Source of the DNA: Patescibacteria group bacterium
GTDB lineage: Bacteria; Patescibacteriota; Patescibacteriia; Buchananbacterales; UBA6539
Direction: 5' to 3'
DNA: 64,000 bases
Assembly: GCA_041649675.1 (NCBI GenBank)
Contig: JBAZMQ010000002.1
Span: forward strand, 1,920 to 65,919
Within the stretch, counting starts at the first letter, position 1, and each line of letters begins with the position of its first letter. A program made the translations under genes and the position numbers. The notes beneath the pieces are model-generated. The model searched no databases. It was not told where the DNA came from and saw only the letters and a program-made list of their open reading frames with translations. Below are positions 1 through 11,526 of the stretch, in pieces.

Positions 1-207
1 AAAATTTTCCATGCCGCCACCGGATAAAATATTCATTATTCCTAAAAGCTGGTTGGAAGCAAAGAAATCTTTAAGGGCGGTAGCGTCAATGCCTGGAATT
101 GGAATGTGGGCAGCAATCCGAGAGATTACCAACATTGCCAAAACAAATAAAATACTGTTTCGTAAATCTTTAATTTTCCAAATTTGAATTATTTTTTTAA
201 ACCACAT
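1..207 (-). CDS. secY: Preprotein translocase SecY, 5' part (runs off window)
   Basis: Manual translation from ATG 207: MWFKKIIQIWKIKDLRNSILFVLAMLVISRIAAHIPIPGID...LSGGGMENF; follows rplO. Confidence 0.95.
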   Translation of the reverse strand, partial: MWFKKIIQIWKIKDLRNSILFVLAMLVISRIAAHIPIPGIDATALKDFFASNQLLGIMNILSGGGMENF

Positions 208-232
208 GTAATTTTGTCGCTTTAACAAAATT

Positions 233-736
233 TTATTTAGCTATATTTTTAATTTTCTGTTTGCCTGGTTTTGGTCTTTTCCTTCTAACAATCAGTTGGA
301 CTTTACCGCCGGCTTTAGTTATTGCCGCTTTGGCGGAATCGGAAAATGAGTTGGCCACCACCGTAAATTTTTTGGTTAAATTACCTTCACCCAAAACTTT
401 TAGTCCAGACTTGCTTGGTTTAATTAACTTTTTACTAATCAATTTTTTGGCATAAATCAATTCACCATTTTCAAATATCTCATCAAGCTGTTTGATGTTA
501 ATAATCGCCATTTTTGGTCTTAAACTTCTAAAACCACCAAGCTTTGGTTTATTTCTTAATAGATTAACCAACCCTCGGCGTTTTAAACCACTCTTACCGC
601 CAGAACGAGATCTTTGACCCTTCATACCCCGACCGCTGTAAGTACCCCGGCCAGAAGCATTACCGCGACCGACCCGTCTGGTTTTCTTTTTGGCTTTTTT
701 ATTAATGCGTAAATTGTTTAAAGTTAATTCGGCCAT
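233..736 (-). CDS. rplO: 50S ribosomal protein L15
   Basis: RVGRGNASGRGTYSGRGMKGQRSRSG motif; spc operon position. Confidence 0.98.
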   Translation of the reverse strand: MAELTLNNLRINKKAKKKTRRVGRGNASGRGTYSGRGMKGQRSRSGGKSGLKRRGLVNLLRNKPKLGGFRSLRPKMAIINIKQLDEIFENGELIYAKKLISKKLIKPSKSGLKVLGEGNLTKKFTVVANSFSDSAKAAITKAGGKVQLIVRRKRPKPGKQKIKNIAK

Positions 737-747
737 AAAATTTATTT

Positions 748-1323
748 TTAGCTTTTGCTCTCTAATTTTTCTTTAATAACCTCTTCGGTCTTTTTTGACT
801 CTTTCTGCTTATTAGAAACTTTTGGTTCAATCCGCTTTAATTTTCTTAAACCCTTAAGCGCAGCATTAACATTGTTAAGTTTATTTTTTGAACCTAAAGC
901 TTTAGCTACCACATTAGAAACTCCGGCTAAGTCTAAAACCACCCGAACTGCTCCACCAGCAATAATACCAGTACCTTTAGGCGCTGGTTTCAATAAAATC
1001 CGAGCCGCACCGGATTTAACCAAAACCTGATGAGGAATTGTTTCATTAATCATCGGCACAGTCACCATATTCTTTTTAGCTTTAACTAAAGCTTTATTAA
1101 CAGCTAAGGTAACATCAGCCCCCTTGGCCACGGCCGCGCCAACCTTACCTTTATGGTCACCAATGACTAAGCAAGCCCGAAATCTCATTCTTTTACCGCC
1201 AGCCATTACCCGCGTTACCCGAGAAATATCAACAATTGTTTGATCATACTCTCTTTCTTCTCGAGCATCTCTTCGGTTATTGTCTCTTGGTCTTCTTTGA
1301 TTATTTTGATTATTTGTAACCAT
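748..1323 (-). CDS. rpsE: 30S ribosomal protein S5
   Basis: RVTRVMAGGKRMRF, PAPKGTGIIAGG. Confidence 0.98.
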   Translation of the reverse strand: MVTNNQNNQRRPRDNNRRDAREEREYDQTIVDISRVTRVMAGGKRMRFRACLVIGDHKGKVGAAVAKGADVTLAVNKALVKAKKNMVTVPMINETIPHQVLVKSGAARILLKPAPKGTGIIAGGAVRVVLDLAGVSNVVAKALGSKNKLNNVNAALKGLRKLKRIEPKVSNKQKESKKTEEVIKEKLESKS

Positions 1324-1329
1324 ATATTT

Positions 1330-1689
1330 TTAAAATTTTAATCCGCCTTTTCTGGCTCCATCTGCCACGGCCTTAACCCGGCCATGATATAAATAAGACG
1401 ATTTATCAAAAACAACTTCTTTAATTCCGGCTTTCTCTGCTTTAGCCGCAATTAATTCTCCAACCTTAGCGGCTAATTCAATTTTAGTTCCCTTAAAACC
1501 TTTAACCTCTGTGCCTTTGGCGGAAACTAAAGTTTTACTTTTTTGATCATCAATTAATTGAACGTAAATACTTTTTAGGCTGCGAAATACACTCAAGCGG
1601 GGTCTTTTGGTAGTACCAGAAATCTTGGCGCGAACGCGCCCTTTTCTTCTTTGACTTTTTAATCTTTTATTAACTTCTTTTTTTGCCAT
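1330..1689 (-). CDS. rplR: 50S ribosomal protein L18
   Basis: [28 protein letters not shown]. Confidence 0.98.
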   Translation of the reverse strand: MAKKEVNKRLKSQRRKGRVRAKISGTTKRPRLSVFRSLKSIYVQLIDDQKSKTLVSAKGTEVKGFKGTKIELAAKVGELIAAKAEKAGIKEVVFDKSSYLYHGRVKAVADGARKGGLKF

Positions 1690-1708
1690 ATTATTTAAAA
1701 TTTAAAAA

Positions 1709-2257
1709 CTAGCTTGAACCTTTAGCCGCAGCCTTACCAACCTTGCGAACAATTACTTCTTCTAAATACTTAATACCTTTACCTTTGTAAGGTTCTGGCT
1801 TTCTTAATAATCTAATTTCAGCGGCAATTTGGCCAATCGCCTGCTTATCAATACCCGAAATTGTAATCAAATTTTTCTCAACTTTAATTTCAATGCCTTT
1901 GGGAATATCATAGGCAATCGGATGAGAATAGCCTAAATTTAAATTCAAAACATTGCCAGCCACCGCGGCCTTATAGCCAACACCATTAATCTCTAACTGG
2001 CGGGAAAAACCTTTGGTCGTACCAATAACCATATTGTTGATTAAACGCTGAAACAAGCCCCAAAGAGAATTTTGCTTTTTTTCATCTGAATTTTTAACCG
2101 ATACGATTATTTCGTTATCCTTTTTTTCAACAATAACATCAGGGTGCAAACCTTGAGTTAATTCACCTTTTGGACCCTTAACTTTAATCTGGCCAGCCTG
2201 GATGTTAACTTGTACTCCGTCAGGAATAATAATAGGTTGTTTACCAATTCTGCTCAT
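1709..2257 (-). CDS. rplF: 50S ribosomal protein L6
   Basis: MSRIGKQPI, RKPEPYKGKGIKY. Confidence 0.98.
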   Translation of the reverse strand: MSRIGKQPIIIPDGVQVNIQAGQIKVKGPKGELTQGLHPDVIVEKKDNEIIVSVKNSDEKKQNSLWGLFQRLINNMVIGTTKGFSRQLEINGVGYKAAVAGNVLNLNLGYSHPIAYDIPKGIEIKVEKNLITISGIDKQAIGQIAAEIRLLRKPEPYKGKGIKYLEEVIVRKVGKAAAKGSS

Positions 2258-2262
2258 AATTT

Positions 2263-2658
2263 TTAATATATTTCACAAATTACTTCACCACCCAAATTTT
2301 TCTTTTTGGCTTCTTTGTTAGTCATCAAACCCTGGGGGGTAGAAATAATCGCAATGCCTAAATTATTTAAAACTATCGGCAATTTATCTTTAGGAACATA
2401 AACCCGCCGGCCTGGTTTAGAAATCCGTTTCAAGTTTTCAATTGCCGGTTCTTTGCTGTTGTACTTTAAAACAATTCTAATTTCATTAAACTTACCACCA
2501 ACACCTTCAATCTTTTCTACTTGTTTAATGTAACCATTCTGTTTTAAAATTTCGGCAATGGCTATTTTAATTTTAGAAAAAGGCAAAACTACCTCTGGCT
2601 TTCTTACAGCCAGGGCATTTCTAATTCTTGTTAACATGTCAGCGATTGGATCAGTCAT
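2263..2658 (-). CDS. rpsH: 30S ribosomal protein S8
   Basis: [23 protein letters not shown]. Confidence 0.98.
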   Translation of the reverse strand: MTDPIADMLTRIRNALAVRKPEVVLPFSKIKIAIAEILKQNGYIKQVEKIEGVGGKFNEIRIVLKYNSKEPAIENLKRISKPGRRVYVPKDKLPIVLNNLGIAIISTPQGLMTNKEAKKKNLGGEVICEIY

Positions 2659-2740
2659 ATATTTTTAGCTTTTAGCTGTTAGCTTTTAGCTTGTAGAAAA
2701 CTTAGCTACTTCCTACCAGCTACAAGCTACCAGCTAAATA

Positions 2741-2926
2741 CTACCAACTTGATTTCCTAATTCCGGGCAGTTGACCATTGCCGGCTAATTCGCGAAAACA
2801 AATCCGACAAAGATTAAAGTCGCGAATATAGGCCCGTCTTCGGCCACAACGCCAACAGCGCCTCACTATCCTGGAGGAATATTTTGGTTTCTTCTTTGAT
2901 TTTGCAATTTGTGCTTTAGTTGCCAT
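2741..2926 (-). CDS. rpsN: 30S ribosomal protein S14 (zinc-binding type Z)
   Basis: 61 aa, CxxC...CRIC, ends SSW. Confidence 0.97.
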   Translation of the reverse strand: MATKAQIAKSKKKPKYSSRIVRRCWRCGRRRAYIRDFNLCRICFRELAGNGQLPGIRKSSW

Positions 2927-2929
2927 ATT

Positions 2930-3469
2930 TTATTTGCTAAAAGGAAAGCCTAAATACTTTAATAATTCTAAGCCCTCTTCCCTGGTCTTAGCGGTTGTTA
3001 CGACCGAAATTTGCAAACCATGAACTTTTTCAATTTCATCGGATTTAATTTCCGGAAAAGAAATATGTTCTCTAAAACCAAGATTCAAATTACCTTTTTG
3101 ATCAACATTCTTTGCGTCTAGCCCTCTAAAGTCTCTAACCCGAGGCAAGGTAACGTTAACCAATTTATCTAAAAAATCATACATTCTTTTGCCCCGCAAA
3201 GTCACCATCATCCCAACAATTAGCCCTTCTCTGATTTTAAAATTAGAAATAGACTTTTTGGCTGCAGTTTTGACTGGCCGCTGACCGGTAATCCTTAACA
3301 AGGTATTTTCCGCTACTTCGTTAAACTTGGCATCCCTTAGCCCTTGGCCAGTACCAATATTAATAACAACCTTCTCAACCCGCGGTACCGCTAAATTATT
3401 TTTATAACTAAACTTTTCCTTAAGGGCAGGAATAATTTTTTTCTGATATTGTTCTTGCAAACGACTCAT
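2930..3469 (-). CDS. rplE: 50S ribosomal protein L5
   Basis: LPRVRDFRGL, FPEI. Confidence 0.98.
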   Translation of the reverse strand: MSRLQEQYQKKIIPALKEKFSYKNNLAVPRVEKVVINIGTGQGLRDAKFNEVAENTLLRITGQRPVKTAAKKSISNFKIREGLIVGMMVTLRGKRMYDFLDKLVNVTLPRVRDFRGLDAKNVDQKGNLNLGFREHISFPEIKSDEIEKVHGLQISVVTTAKTREEGLELLKYLGFPFSK

Positions 3470-3480
3470 AATTTTATAAA

Positions 3481-3789
3481 CTAAATTATTTCCTTACATT
3501 TATTACAAATTCTTGATTTCTTTTTATTCTCCAAAAATTTATAGCCAACTTTACCAATACTACCACATTTAGGACAAATTAATGCAACATTACTGACAGC
3601 CATAGCTGCTGGAAATTGAATCCGCTGGCCTTTTTCTCCTTGCTTTTTCGGCCGCATATTTTTATACATTAAATTTATCCCTTCAACTGAAAGTTTATTT
3701 TTTTCAACAAAAATCTGCAACACTTTTCCAGTTTTACCTTTATCTTTGCCAGCTAATATTTTTACTTTATCACCTTTTTTGATCTTCAT
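3481..3789 (-). CDS. rplX: 50S ribosomal protein L24
   Basis: KOW motif KKGDKVKILAGKDKGKTG. Confidence 0.98.
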   Translation of the reverse strand: MKIKKGDKVKILAGKDKGKTGKVLQIFVEKNKLSVEGINLMYKNMRPKKQGEKGQRIQFPAAMAVSNVALICPKCGSIGKVGYKFLENKKKSRICNKCKEII

Positions 3790-3793
3790 AAAT

Positions 3794-4165
3794 TTATAAT
3801 ACCTCGGGGGCTAAAGAAATTATTTTTGTAAAACCCTGATTTCTCAATTCACGAGCCACTGGCCCAAAGATACGGGTTCCTTTCGGCTCTTTATTCTTCT
3901 TGTCAATAATAACAGCGGCATTATCATCAAACCGGACATAAGAACCGTCTGACCGCCGAGTTTCTTTCCTGGTTCTAACCACAACCGCGTGCAAAACTTC
4001 ACCTTTTTTAACCATACTATGAGGAACAGCTTCTTTAACCGAAACCGTAATAATATCACCCACACCGGCATATCGTCTTTTATAGCCATTCAAAACCTTA
4101 ATACATTGGATCTTTTTAGCTCCAGTATTATCGGCGACTTTTAACATTGTTCGTAATTGCACCAT
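3794..4165 (-). CDS. rplN: 50S ribosomal protein L14
   Basis: [27 protein letters not shown]. Confidence 0.98.
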   Translation of the reverse strand: MVQLRTMLKVADNTGAKKIQCIKVLNGYKRRYAGVGDIITVSVKEAVPHSMVKKGEVLHAVVVRTRKETRRSDGSYVRFDDNAAVIIDKKNKEPKGTRIFGPVARELRNQGFTKIISLAPEVL

Positions 4166-4175
4166 AGGTCAAAAA

Positions 4176-4442
4176 TTATGAATTCTTCTTATTTTTAGAT
4201 AATACTCGCCAACGTTTCTCTTTACTAATCGGCCGGCATTCAATAAAAGACACAACCTCACCGACCTTATATTCATTGGCTTGATCATGAACTTTATATT
4301 TTTTTGAAACAATATAACGCTTTAGATACTTTGGATGAACTTTGGTATTTTTCACTTCAACCACAATAGTTTTGTCGTTTTTATTGGACACAACCGTACC
4401 TTCAAATTTTTTCCTGATTATTTTTTTAGAATTGTTAGTCAT
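4176..4442 (-). CDS. rpsQ: 30S ribosomal protein S17
   Basis: GTVVSNKNDKTIVV, ECRPISKEKRW. Confidence 0.97.
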   Translation of the reverse strand: MTNNSKKIIRKKFEGTVVSNKNDKTIVVEVKNTKVHPKYLKRYIVSKKYKVHDQANEYKVGEVVSFIECRPISKEKRWRVLSKNKKNS

Positions 4443-4447
4443 AAAAA

Positions 4448-4654
4448 TTATTTGGCTTCTTTAGTATCTTTCTTTTTGGAATTTAATAAAAATAACACTT
4501 CCGCAATTATTTTTCTGGTTTTCTTAATTTCGTGAACATTTTTCAATTGATTAGAAGCAACTTTAAACCTCAACTCACGAATTTTTTCTCTTGAGTCGCT
4601 CAAAATTTTCTGCAGTTCTTTTTCAGTTAAATTTTTTAATTCTTTATATTTCAT
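4448..4654 (-). CDS. rpmC: 50S ribosomal protein L29 (start moved to MKYKEL)
   Basis: ELRFKVASNQLKNVHEIKKTRKIIA; between rplP and rpsQ. Confidence 0.93.
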   Translation of the reverse strand: MKYKELKNLTEKELQKILSDSREKIRELRFKVASNQLKNVHEIKKTRKIIAEVLFLLNSKKKDTKEAK

Positions 4655-4664
4655 AATTGCTAAA

Positions 4665-5069
4665 TTATTTGACAACAAAACTAGTTTTTACCGGTAATTT
4701 ATGAGCGGCTAATCTCATAGCTTCTTTAGCTGTTTCTTCCGGTACACCATCCATTTCAAATAAAATCCGACCTGGTTTAATAACGGCAACATAATGATCA
4801 ACCGGACCCTTGCCTGAACCCATAGTTGATTGCTCACCTTTTTGGGTCACTGGTTTGTCAGGAAAAATCCGAATCCAAACCTTACCATCTCGGCGAATAA
4901 AACGAGTAATGGCTCGGCGGGAAGCTTCAATCTGCCTGGCCGTTAACCAACAATTACCTAAAGCTTTCAGGGCGTATTTGCCGAAATTAATCTCAGTCCC
5001 GGCAGTGGCATTGCCTCTAAAAACTCCTTTATGCTGTTTTCTATGTTTTATCTTTCTTGGCGACAACAT
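4665..5069 (-). CDS. rplP: 50S ribosomal protein L16
   Basis: [28 protein letters not shown]. Confidence 0.98.
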   Translation of the reverse strand: MLSPRKIKHRKQHKGVFRGNATAGTEINFGKYALKALGNCWLTARQIEASRRAITRFIRRDGKVWIRIFPDKPVTQKGEQSTMGSGKGPVDHYVAVIKPGRILFEMDGVPEETAKEAMRLAAHKLPVKTSFVVK

Positions 5070-5071
5070 AT

Positions 5072-5761
5072 TTATTTACTATTACTTTTTTCTTTAATCT
5101 CTTTAGTATCGACTCTCTCTTTATCTTTTTTAAAAACTTGCCCTTTGTAAATCCAAACTTTTACGCCAATCGCACCATAAGTGGTTCGAGCCACTCCCCG
5201 GGAATAATCAATATCAGCTCTTAAAGTGTGCAAAGGCAAACTGCCGGAAGTTAAAGTTTCAGTTCTGGCAATTTCCGCACCATTCAAGCGACCGGAAATT
5301 ATAACTTTTATCCCTTTAGCATTAGCTTTTTCCACCTTGCCAATCGCCTGTTTCATTGCCCGGCGATAAGGAATACGTTTTTCAATATCAGCAATAATGG
5401 CTTGAACAATCAATTCGGAAACTAAGTTTGGATTACTGACTTCTTTAATGTTGATATTCAAACTACTCTTGGGATCTAAAAATTTAGCTTTGATCTTTTT
5501 CTTTAAATCTTCCACGCCTTGTCCCCCACGACCGATAATAACACCCGGTTTGGCGGAATGAATAATAACAGTTGTAACCGTAGCCGATCTTTCAATATCA
5601 ATTTGCGCTACAGCCGCATCTTTTAATTCTTTTGCCAAAAACTTTTTAATTAAAATATCCTGCCGTAAAAATTTAGAATAATCCTTGCGGGAAAACCATT
5701 TAGAATTCCAACCGTAAAGGGTACCGATACGAAATATTTTTGGATGTACTTTGTGTCCCAT
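5072..5761 (-). CDS. rpsC: 30S ribosomal protein S3
   Basis: MGHKVHP, KH domain [17 protein letters not shown]. Confidence 0.98.
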   Translation of the reverse strand: MGHKVHPKIFRIGTLYGWNSKWFSRKDYSKFLRQDILIKKFLAKELKDAAVAQIDIERSATVTTVIIHSAKPGVIIGRGGQGVEDLKKKIKAKFLDPKSSLNINIKEVSNPNLVSELIVQAIIADIEKRIPYRRAMKQAIGKVEKANAKGIKVIISGRLNGAEIARTETLTSGSLPLHTLRADIDYSRGVARTTYGAIGVKVWIYKGQVFKKDKERVDTKEIKEKSNSK

Positions 5762-5781
5762 AGTATATAATAATTAATTGA

Positions 5782-6387
5782 CTAACCTGTTTTACGCTGA
5801 AATACGCCCTTCAAAAAGCCCTTACTCTCTTTGCCGGAACCGGCCTTTGGACCCTTGGAAGAATTTTTATTAATATCTTTCTTTATTTCATCGGGATTGA
5901 CTACTTTAATATCTTCGGACTTATTATCTTTCTTGACTACCGCTTTCTTTTTAGCCCCGACCCGAACACCTAAAATTAAATCTAGATGGCAAGTCCGCTT
6001 ATGAATTGGCGCTGACCGACCATGAGCCCTGGGCATAAAACGTTTTAATACCGGACCGGCATTGGCCGTAATGGTTTTAATATACAAATCTTGCTTGTCT
6101 AATTGAAAATTATTTTCAGCGTTAGCAATGGCGGAATTCAAAAGCTTAATTACCGGCTTAGAAGCCGCCTTATTAACAAAACGCAAACTGTCTAAAGCTT
6201 TTAAAACTTCAAAACCGCGCAACTGATTAATCACCAGTCTTACCTTTTTGGCTGACATATGCAAATACCGGGCCGAGGCTTTAACTTCGGTCACTTCTTT
6301 TTTCTTGCTTTTGGCCGGTTTTTCTTTTTTACTGTCAACTTTAGCAACTTCGGCTTTGGCTTCTGATTTTTTAATATCTTTTTCCAT
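5782..6387 (-). CDS. rplV: 50S ribosomal protein L22 with Lys-rich terminal extensions
   Basis: SAKKVRLV, SAIANAENN, PRAHGRS. Confidence 0.96.
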   Translation of the reverse strand: MEKDIKKSEAKAEVAKVDSKKEKPAKSKKKEVTEVKASARYLHMSAKKVRLVINQLRGFEVLKALDSLRFVNKAASKPVIKLLNSAIANAENNFQLDKQDLYIKTITANAGPVLKRFMPRAHGRSAPIHKRTCHLDLILGVRVGAKKKAVVKKDNKSEDIKVVNPDEIKKDINKNSSKGPKAGSGKESKGFLKGVFQRKTG

Positions 6388-6406
6388 AAACTATATAAAT
6401 ATTAAC

Positions 6407-6751
6407 TTACTTCTTAGTCGTAGTCGCGGCGGCTTGGGCTTTTTGCCTTTCAGCTGAGGCTTTATCAGCAGCAGCTTTGGCTTCTTCTTTAGCCATTTTA
6501 CCACCGTGGCCGTGGAAGGTTCGGGTCGGAGAAAATTCACCTAAACGATGGCCAACCATATTCTCAACAATTAAAACCGGGACATGTTTTCGGCCATCAT
6601 GAACGCCGATCGTATAACCAACCATTTCCGGTGTAATTTGACAGGCTCGATCCCAAGTTTTAATTACAACCTTATCACCAATTCTAACCTTAGAAATCTT
6701 TTTTAATAATCTTTCGTTAATGTATGGACCTTTTTTTAAACTTCTAGACAT
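6407..6751 (-). CDS. rpsS: 30S ribosomal protein S19
   Basis: [25 protein letters not shown]. Confidence 0.98.
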   Translation of the reverse strand: MSRSLKKGPYINERLLKKISKVRIGDKVVIKTWDRACQITPEMVGYTIGVHDGRKHVPVLIVENMVGHRLGEFSPTRTFHGHGGKMAKEEAKAAADKASAERQKAQAAATTTKK

Positions 6752-6767
6752 AACTTTTCAAATTAAA

Positions 6768-7613
6768 TTATTTTCTTCGTTTCTTCTTTCGTCTTTGGAT
6801 AATAAATTTATCTGAATATTTATTATTTTTTCGGGTTAACACGCCTAAAGCTTTTTTGCCCCAAGGCGTTTTTGGCGCTTTCATACCAATTGGATTATGA
6901 CCTTCACCGCCACCATGAGGGTGATCAACCGGGTTCATTACCTTACCTCTGACCGTTGGCCGAATACCTAAATGACGGTTACGACCGGCTTTACCAATCC
7001 GAATATGCATTGCATCAGGGTTAGAAACCTGGCCAATTGTTGCTAAACACTCAGCCGAAATTAATCTGACTTCAGTTGATGGCATTTTAATATTAGCCTG
7101 TCCGCCTTCAACGGCCATTAATTTGGCGGCTGAACCGGCAGTTCTAACTAGTTGGCCACCTTTGCCCGGGGCAATTTCAATTTCGTAAATCATTGAACCT
7201 AAAGGCAAATATTTCAAAGGCATCCGATTGCCGACTTTATATTCAACTTGATTCTTTGAAGAAACAACTTGGTCACCAATTTTTAAATCCACCGGAGCCA
7301 CCATATAGGCTTTTTGACCGTCCTGATATTGAATTAAAGCAATTCTTGCCCGACGGTTTGGATCATATTCAAGAGCCAAAACCGTAGCCGGTATATCAAA
7401 TTTGTATCTTTTGTAATCAATTAAACGATAATATTGTTTAGCGCCGCCACCTTGATGACGAACAGTAATTTTACCGCTAGAATTGCGGCCGCCTTTTTTC
7501 TTTTTGATTCTGATTAACTTTCTCTCTGGCGCCTTTTTAGTGATATCGGCAAAAGTATCAACCGAGGTTTTTCGGCGAGCCGGAGAAGTTGGTTTGTATA
7601 TTCTGATTGGCAT
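6768..7613 (-). CDS. rplB: 50S ribosomal protein L2
   Basis: [19 protein letters not shown]. Confidence 0.99.
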   Translation of the reverse strand: MPIRIYKPTSPARRKTSVDTFADITKKAPERKLIRIKKKKGGRNSSGKITVRHQGGGAKQYYRLIDYKRYKFDIPATVLALEYDPNRRARIALIQYQDGQKAYMVAPVDLKIGDQVVSSKNQVEYKVGNRMPLKYLPLGSMIYEIEIAPGKGGQLVRTAGSAAKLMAVEGGQANIKMPSTEVRLISAECLATIGQVSNPDAMHIRIGKAGRNRHLGIRPTVRGKVMNPVDHPHGGGEGHNPIGMKAPKTPWGKKALGVLTRKNNKYSDKFIIQRRKKKRRK

Positions 7614-7645
7614 GTTAACTGTTAAATATTAATGGTTAATTGTTA

Positions 7646-8086
7646 TTAGACTCCTTCGTAAACTTCAATCTTATCACCTGGTTTTAAAGTTACGATGGCT
7701 TTTTTCCAATTTTTAGTTTTACCTTCAACTTGGCCATAACGAACATATTTACCCGAAAAGTTAGAAATATTAACCGCTACTGGATTAACCTTATAAATTG
7801 TCCTTATTGCCTTTTTTACTTCTACTTTATTCATTTTCGGATTGATAACAAAAACATATTTATTCAAAGCATTTAAAAAAGTGACTTTTTCTGTTACCAA
7901 AGGCTTAACCAAAACCCGATAAGCCTGAGTCGTAGTTCCCTTCAAGGCTTCCGGCTTACCCGCTGGCTTTTGGTCTTTAACAACAGACTTAACTGATTCT
8001 GATTTAACTGAAACTTTAGGCTGAGCTGCAATCTTGGTCTTTGCCTCGTCTTCTTTTTTAGTTTTGGCTTTATTAAAAATTCCCAT
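7646..8086 (-). CDS. rplW: 50S ribosomal protein L23 with N-terminal extension
   Basis: PLVTEK, WKKAIVTL. Confidence 0.95.
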   Translation of the reverse strand: MGIFNKAKTKKEDEAKTKIAAQPKVSVKSESVKSVVKDQKPAGKPEALKGTTTQAYRVLVKPLVTEKVTFLNALNKYVFVINPKMNKVEVKKAIRTIYKVNPVAVNISNFSGKYVRYGQVEGKTKNWKKAIVTLKPGDKIEVYEGV

Positions 8087-8091
8087 ATTGA

Positions 8092-8793
8092 TTATTTAAC
8101 AAAAGTTTTTTCAATTACGGCTAACGATTCAACCGGTAACAATAAATAATTAGCATGCAAGACATCTAAAACATTTAGACTGTCGGCTAAAATCATATCC
8201 AATCGATCAATGTTTCTGGCAGCCCGCCAAAGCTTAAGATCTTGTTTTGGTAAAACCACTAAAACTTTCTTGGCCGGTTTTTTCTTTTCTTTTGGCTTTT
8301 TATCAGAACTTTCATCTTTTTTCTTAGCAATTTTCTTTTTGTCCCGCAAATTCAAATTCTTCAGGATTTCAAAAAACTTTTTAGTTTTAACTTGTTCCAA
8401 TTCTAATTTATCTACTAAAACAATTTTTTCATTAAGCGCTTTATCCGACAAAGTCATCAAGATTGCTTTACGTTTAGCTTTCTTATTAATCTTAAGCGAA
8501 AAATTACGATCACTAGTTGGACCAAAGGTAATGCCACCACCACGCCAGAGCGGAGACCTAATTGAACCATGACGAGCACGACCAGTTCCCTTTTGTCGCC
8601 AAGGTTTTCTACCGCCACCAGCCACTTCACTTTTGTCTTTAGTATCGGCTAAAACTTGCCGCTGATTGGCTTGCAAAGTAACGACTGCCTGGGTGATTAA
8701 CTCTGGTTTAATTTTTACTTCAAAAACTGCTGGATTCAATTCCACTTCTTTAATCTTTTCACCAGTTAAGTTGTAAACAGTAGTTTTTATCAT
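8092..8793 (-). CDS. rplD: 50S ribosomal protein L4
   Basis: KPWRQKGTGRARHGSIRSPLWRGGG. Confidence 0.98.
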   Translation of the reverse strand: MIKTTVYNLTGEKIKEVELNPAVFEVKIKPELITQAVVTLQANQRQVLADTKDKSEVAGGGRKPWRQKGTGRARHGSIRSPLWRGGGITFGPTSDRNFSLKINKKAKRKAILMTLSDKALNEKIVLVDKLELEQVKTKKFFEILKNLNLRDKKKIAKKKDESSDKKPKEKKKPAKKVLVVLPKQDLKLWRAARNIDRLDMILADSLNVLDVLHANYLLLPVESLAVIEKTFVK

Positions 8794-8796
8794 AAA

Positions 8797-9546
8797 TTAT
8801 TCAACTTTAGTATTTTCTTGTGGTTTATCTTTAGTTTCTTCAAATCCGGAAACGGCTTTGGCCTCAACTACTTCAGCTTTCGGTGTTAGTTCGGCCTTTT
8901 TGCTTTCGGTTTCTTTTGTTTCAACAATTACATCACCAACTCCTGAAATCAACAGTAAATAACCAATGGCTCCAGGCACTCCGCCTTTAACAAAAATTTC
9001 GTTAGTCTCGGGATTAACTTCAACTACCTCTAGATTTGTAACGGTGACTAACTCATCGCCCATGTGACCAGACATTCTTTTTCCCTTAAAAACATGTTGT
9101 GGACCACCGGCGCCACTTGAACCTGGCATTCGGTGCTGGTCTTTATGACCGTGAGTAGCCGGACTACCATGAAAACCATGGCGTTTAACCACACCCTGAA
9201 AACCTTTACCCTTAGAAGTGCCGCTGACTTTAACAATATCACCAGCAGCAAACGTTTTGGCAGTAATCAAATTGCCCACCGCTAACTTTTTTTCATCTTC
9301 AGCCTGAATTCTAAATTCTTTCAAATATCGGAAATTTCCTAAATTTTTTACATGTCCCTTGAGAGCCTTACCAATTTTCTTTTTTGAACCAAATCCTAAC
9401 TGAACGGCGGTATAACCATCGTTTTTATCAGATTTAACCTGGGTGATAACGCAGGGACCAGCCAATAACCGAGTAACGGCAATAACATCTCCGTTTTCGG
9501 CAAATTTCTGGGTCATTTCTTTTTTTTCAGCTAAGATAAACTTCAT
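8797..9546 (-). CDS. rplC: 50S ribosomal protein L3
   Basis: DGYTAVQLG, SKGKGFQGVVKRH. Confidence 0.98.
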   Translation of the reverse strand: MKFILAEKKEMTQKFAENGDVIAVTRLLAGPCVITQVKSDKNDGYTAVQLGFGSKKKIGKALKGHVKNLGNFRYLKEFRIQAEDEKKLAVGNLITAKTFAAGDIVKVSGTSKGKGFQGVVKRHGFHGSPATHGHKDQHRMPGSSGAGGPQHVFKGKRMSGHMGDELVTVTNLEVVEVNPETNEIFVKGGVPGAIGYLLLISGVGDVIVETKETESKKAELTPKAEVVEAKAVSGFEETKDKPQENTKVE

Positions 9547-9756
9547 ATTTAATAAAAAATAAAATCTGCCTCAAAAAGCCAGATATAAAAACCCGCTGGC
9601 AAATTGTTTGGCTAATTTTTAGGAAATTTCTAATCTCCTTATTTATACTTTTGAAGCAACAAAGGTTATTTTTCTGGTTTTGGCCAGAAAAAGCTTTCTT
9701 TGTTTCCTCAAACTATAATATTTCAATTTACTGATTCTTAAAATAATTACTTAAGC

Positions 9757-10125
9757 TTAAGCCATTTTAATCTCAACGTCAACACCGGCTGGCAAATTCA
9801 GGTTAGTCAGCGAATCAACTGTTTTGGGGTTAGGGTCTAAAATGTCCAATAAACGCTTATGAATACGCATTTCGTATTGATCCCGGGCATCTTTATGAAC
9901 AAAAGATGATTTTAAGACAGTGTACTTTTTCTTTTCCGTTGGCAAAGGAATGGGACCTAAAACCTTCGCGCCAGTTCTAGCAACTGTCTCCATAATCGTT
10001 TTGGTGGACTGATCAATAATTTTATGATCGTAAGCCCGAATTTTAATTCTAATTTTCTGTTTGCTATCCTCGGCTTCTTCCGGATTAATTCGGGAAGAAA
10101 CAGGAACTTTCTTAATTGCTACCAT
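9757..10125 (-). CDS. rpsJ: 30S ribosomal protein S10
   Basis: [28 protein letters not shown]. Confidence 0.98.
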   Translation of the reverse strand: MVAIKKVPVSSRINPEEAEDSKQKIRIKIRAYDHKIIDQSTKTIMETVARTGAKVLGPIPLPTEKKKYTVLKSSFVHKDARDQYEMRIHKRLLDILDPNPKTVDSLTNLNLPAGVDVEIKMA

Positions 10126-10182
10126 GTAGTTTAAAGAACTTATCCCTGCCCCCTTTTTGGGGAGGCAGGGTCATTTTATTAG

Positions 10183-11373
10183 TTACTTAAGAATTTTTGC
10201 AACCACACCAGCACCAACAGTTCGACCGCCTTCGCGAATGGCGAATTTCTGTTTTTCTTCTAAAGCGATTGGTTTAATCAAAACAATCTTTAGCTTTAAA
10301 GTATCACCCGGCATCACCATTTCCGTACCTTCTGGTAAAATTACTTCACCGGTAACATCAGTTGTTCCAATATAGAATTGTGGTTTATAACCTTTAAAGA
10401 ATGGACTATGGCGTCCGCCTTCTTCCTTGGTCAAGATGTAGGTTTCGCCTTCAAATTCGGTATGTGGGGTAATGCTGCCTGGTTTAGCTAAAACCTGACC
10501 GCGTTCCACGTCTTCTTTCTTAGTACCGCGAAGCAAGATGCCAGCGTTATCACCAGCGCGACCTTCATCCAAAGACTTGTTAAACATTTCAATACCAGTG
10601 GCAACCGTCTTGGCAATTGGTCGTAAACCGACCAATTCCACTTCGTCGTTTAATTTGATGATACCTCTTTCAATTCTACCAGTAACTACGGTACCACGAC
10701 CTTCAATGGAAAAAATATCTTCAATCGGCATCAAGAAAGGTTTGTCGATTGCCCGAGCCGGTTCCGGAATATAATCATCAACGGCTTTCATCAATTCTTC
10801 CATGCACTTAGTCGCTTCAGGATCATTTGGATTCTCCAAAGCTTTTAAAGCTGAGCCGCGGACAACCGGAATTTGGTCGCCTGGAAATTTATATTTCTTC
10901 AATAAATCTCGGACTTCTTCTTCAACCAAATCAATCAATTCAGGATCTTTAACCTGATCAACTTTATTTAAGAAAACCACAATGGCTGGCACACCAACCT
11001 GATAAGCCAATAAAATATGCTCTCGGGTTTGAGGCATTGGACCATCAGTGGCAGCCACAACCAAAATTGCACCATCCATTTGAGCCGCACCTGTTACCAT
11101 GTTTTTGACATAGTCAGCATGGCCCGGACAGTCAATGTGGGCATAATGTCTTTTAGCGGTTTCGTATTCAACATGAGCGGTAGCAATTGTAATACCACGC
11201 TCTTTTTCTTCTGGAGCGTTATCAATTTGGTCAACTGATTTGTGTTGAGCGGAAAAACCTTTGGCGGCCAAATAATTCAAAATTGCCGCAGTTAAGGTAG
11301 TTTTACCATGGTCAACGTGACCAATTGTACCGATATTAAGGTGAGGCTTTGTACGTTCAAATTTCTCTGCCAT
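10183..11373 (-). CDS. tuf: Elongation factor Tu
   Basis: [21 protein letters not shown]. Confidence 0.99.
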   Translation of the reverse strand: MAEKFERTKPHLNIGTIGHVDHGKTTLTAAILNYLAAKGFSAQHKSVDQIDNAPEEKERGITIATAHVEYETAKRHYAHIDCPGHADYVKNMVTGAAQMDGAILVVAATDGPMPQTREHILLAYQVGVPAIVVFLNKVDQVKDPELIDLVEEEVRDLLKKYKFPGDQIPVVRGSALKALENPNDPEATKCMEELMKAVDDYIPEPARAIDKPFLMPIEDIFSIEGRGTVVTGRIERGIIKLNDEVELVGLRPIAKTVATGIEMFNKSLDEGRAGDNAGILLRGTKKEDVERGQVLAKPGSITPHTEFEGETYILTKEEGGRHSPFFKGYKPQFYIGTTDVTGEVILPEGTEMVMPGDTLKLKIVLIKPIALEEKQKFAIREGGRTVGAGVVAKILK

Positions 11374-11496
11374 AATATTATTTTTCCTTCATAGCGATCT
11401 TTTGTGAGCCAGTTTTACGAAGGATAGTAAAACGGATCGCAATTAGTATTTATTAATTAAAATGTCTTATTTATTAATTTTAATAAAGCACTTTTG

Positions 11497-11526
11497 AGTA
11501 TATAACAATATACCTAAAGTTGTCAA
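11497..11526 (-). promoter_or_regulatory. Putative sigma70 promoter for tuf
   Basis: TTGACA-N18-TATACT on minus strand. Confidence 0.55.

Noticed and set aside
736-748. No rpmD (L30) between rpsE and rplO
   Set aside because: Known CPR hallmark; used for taxonomy only.
9547-9756. 210-bp rpsJ-rplC spacer as a regulatory RNA
   Set aside because: Only weak AT-rich pairing visible; cannot be supported without alignments.
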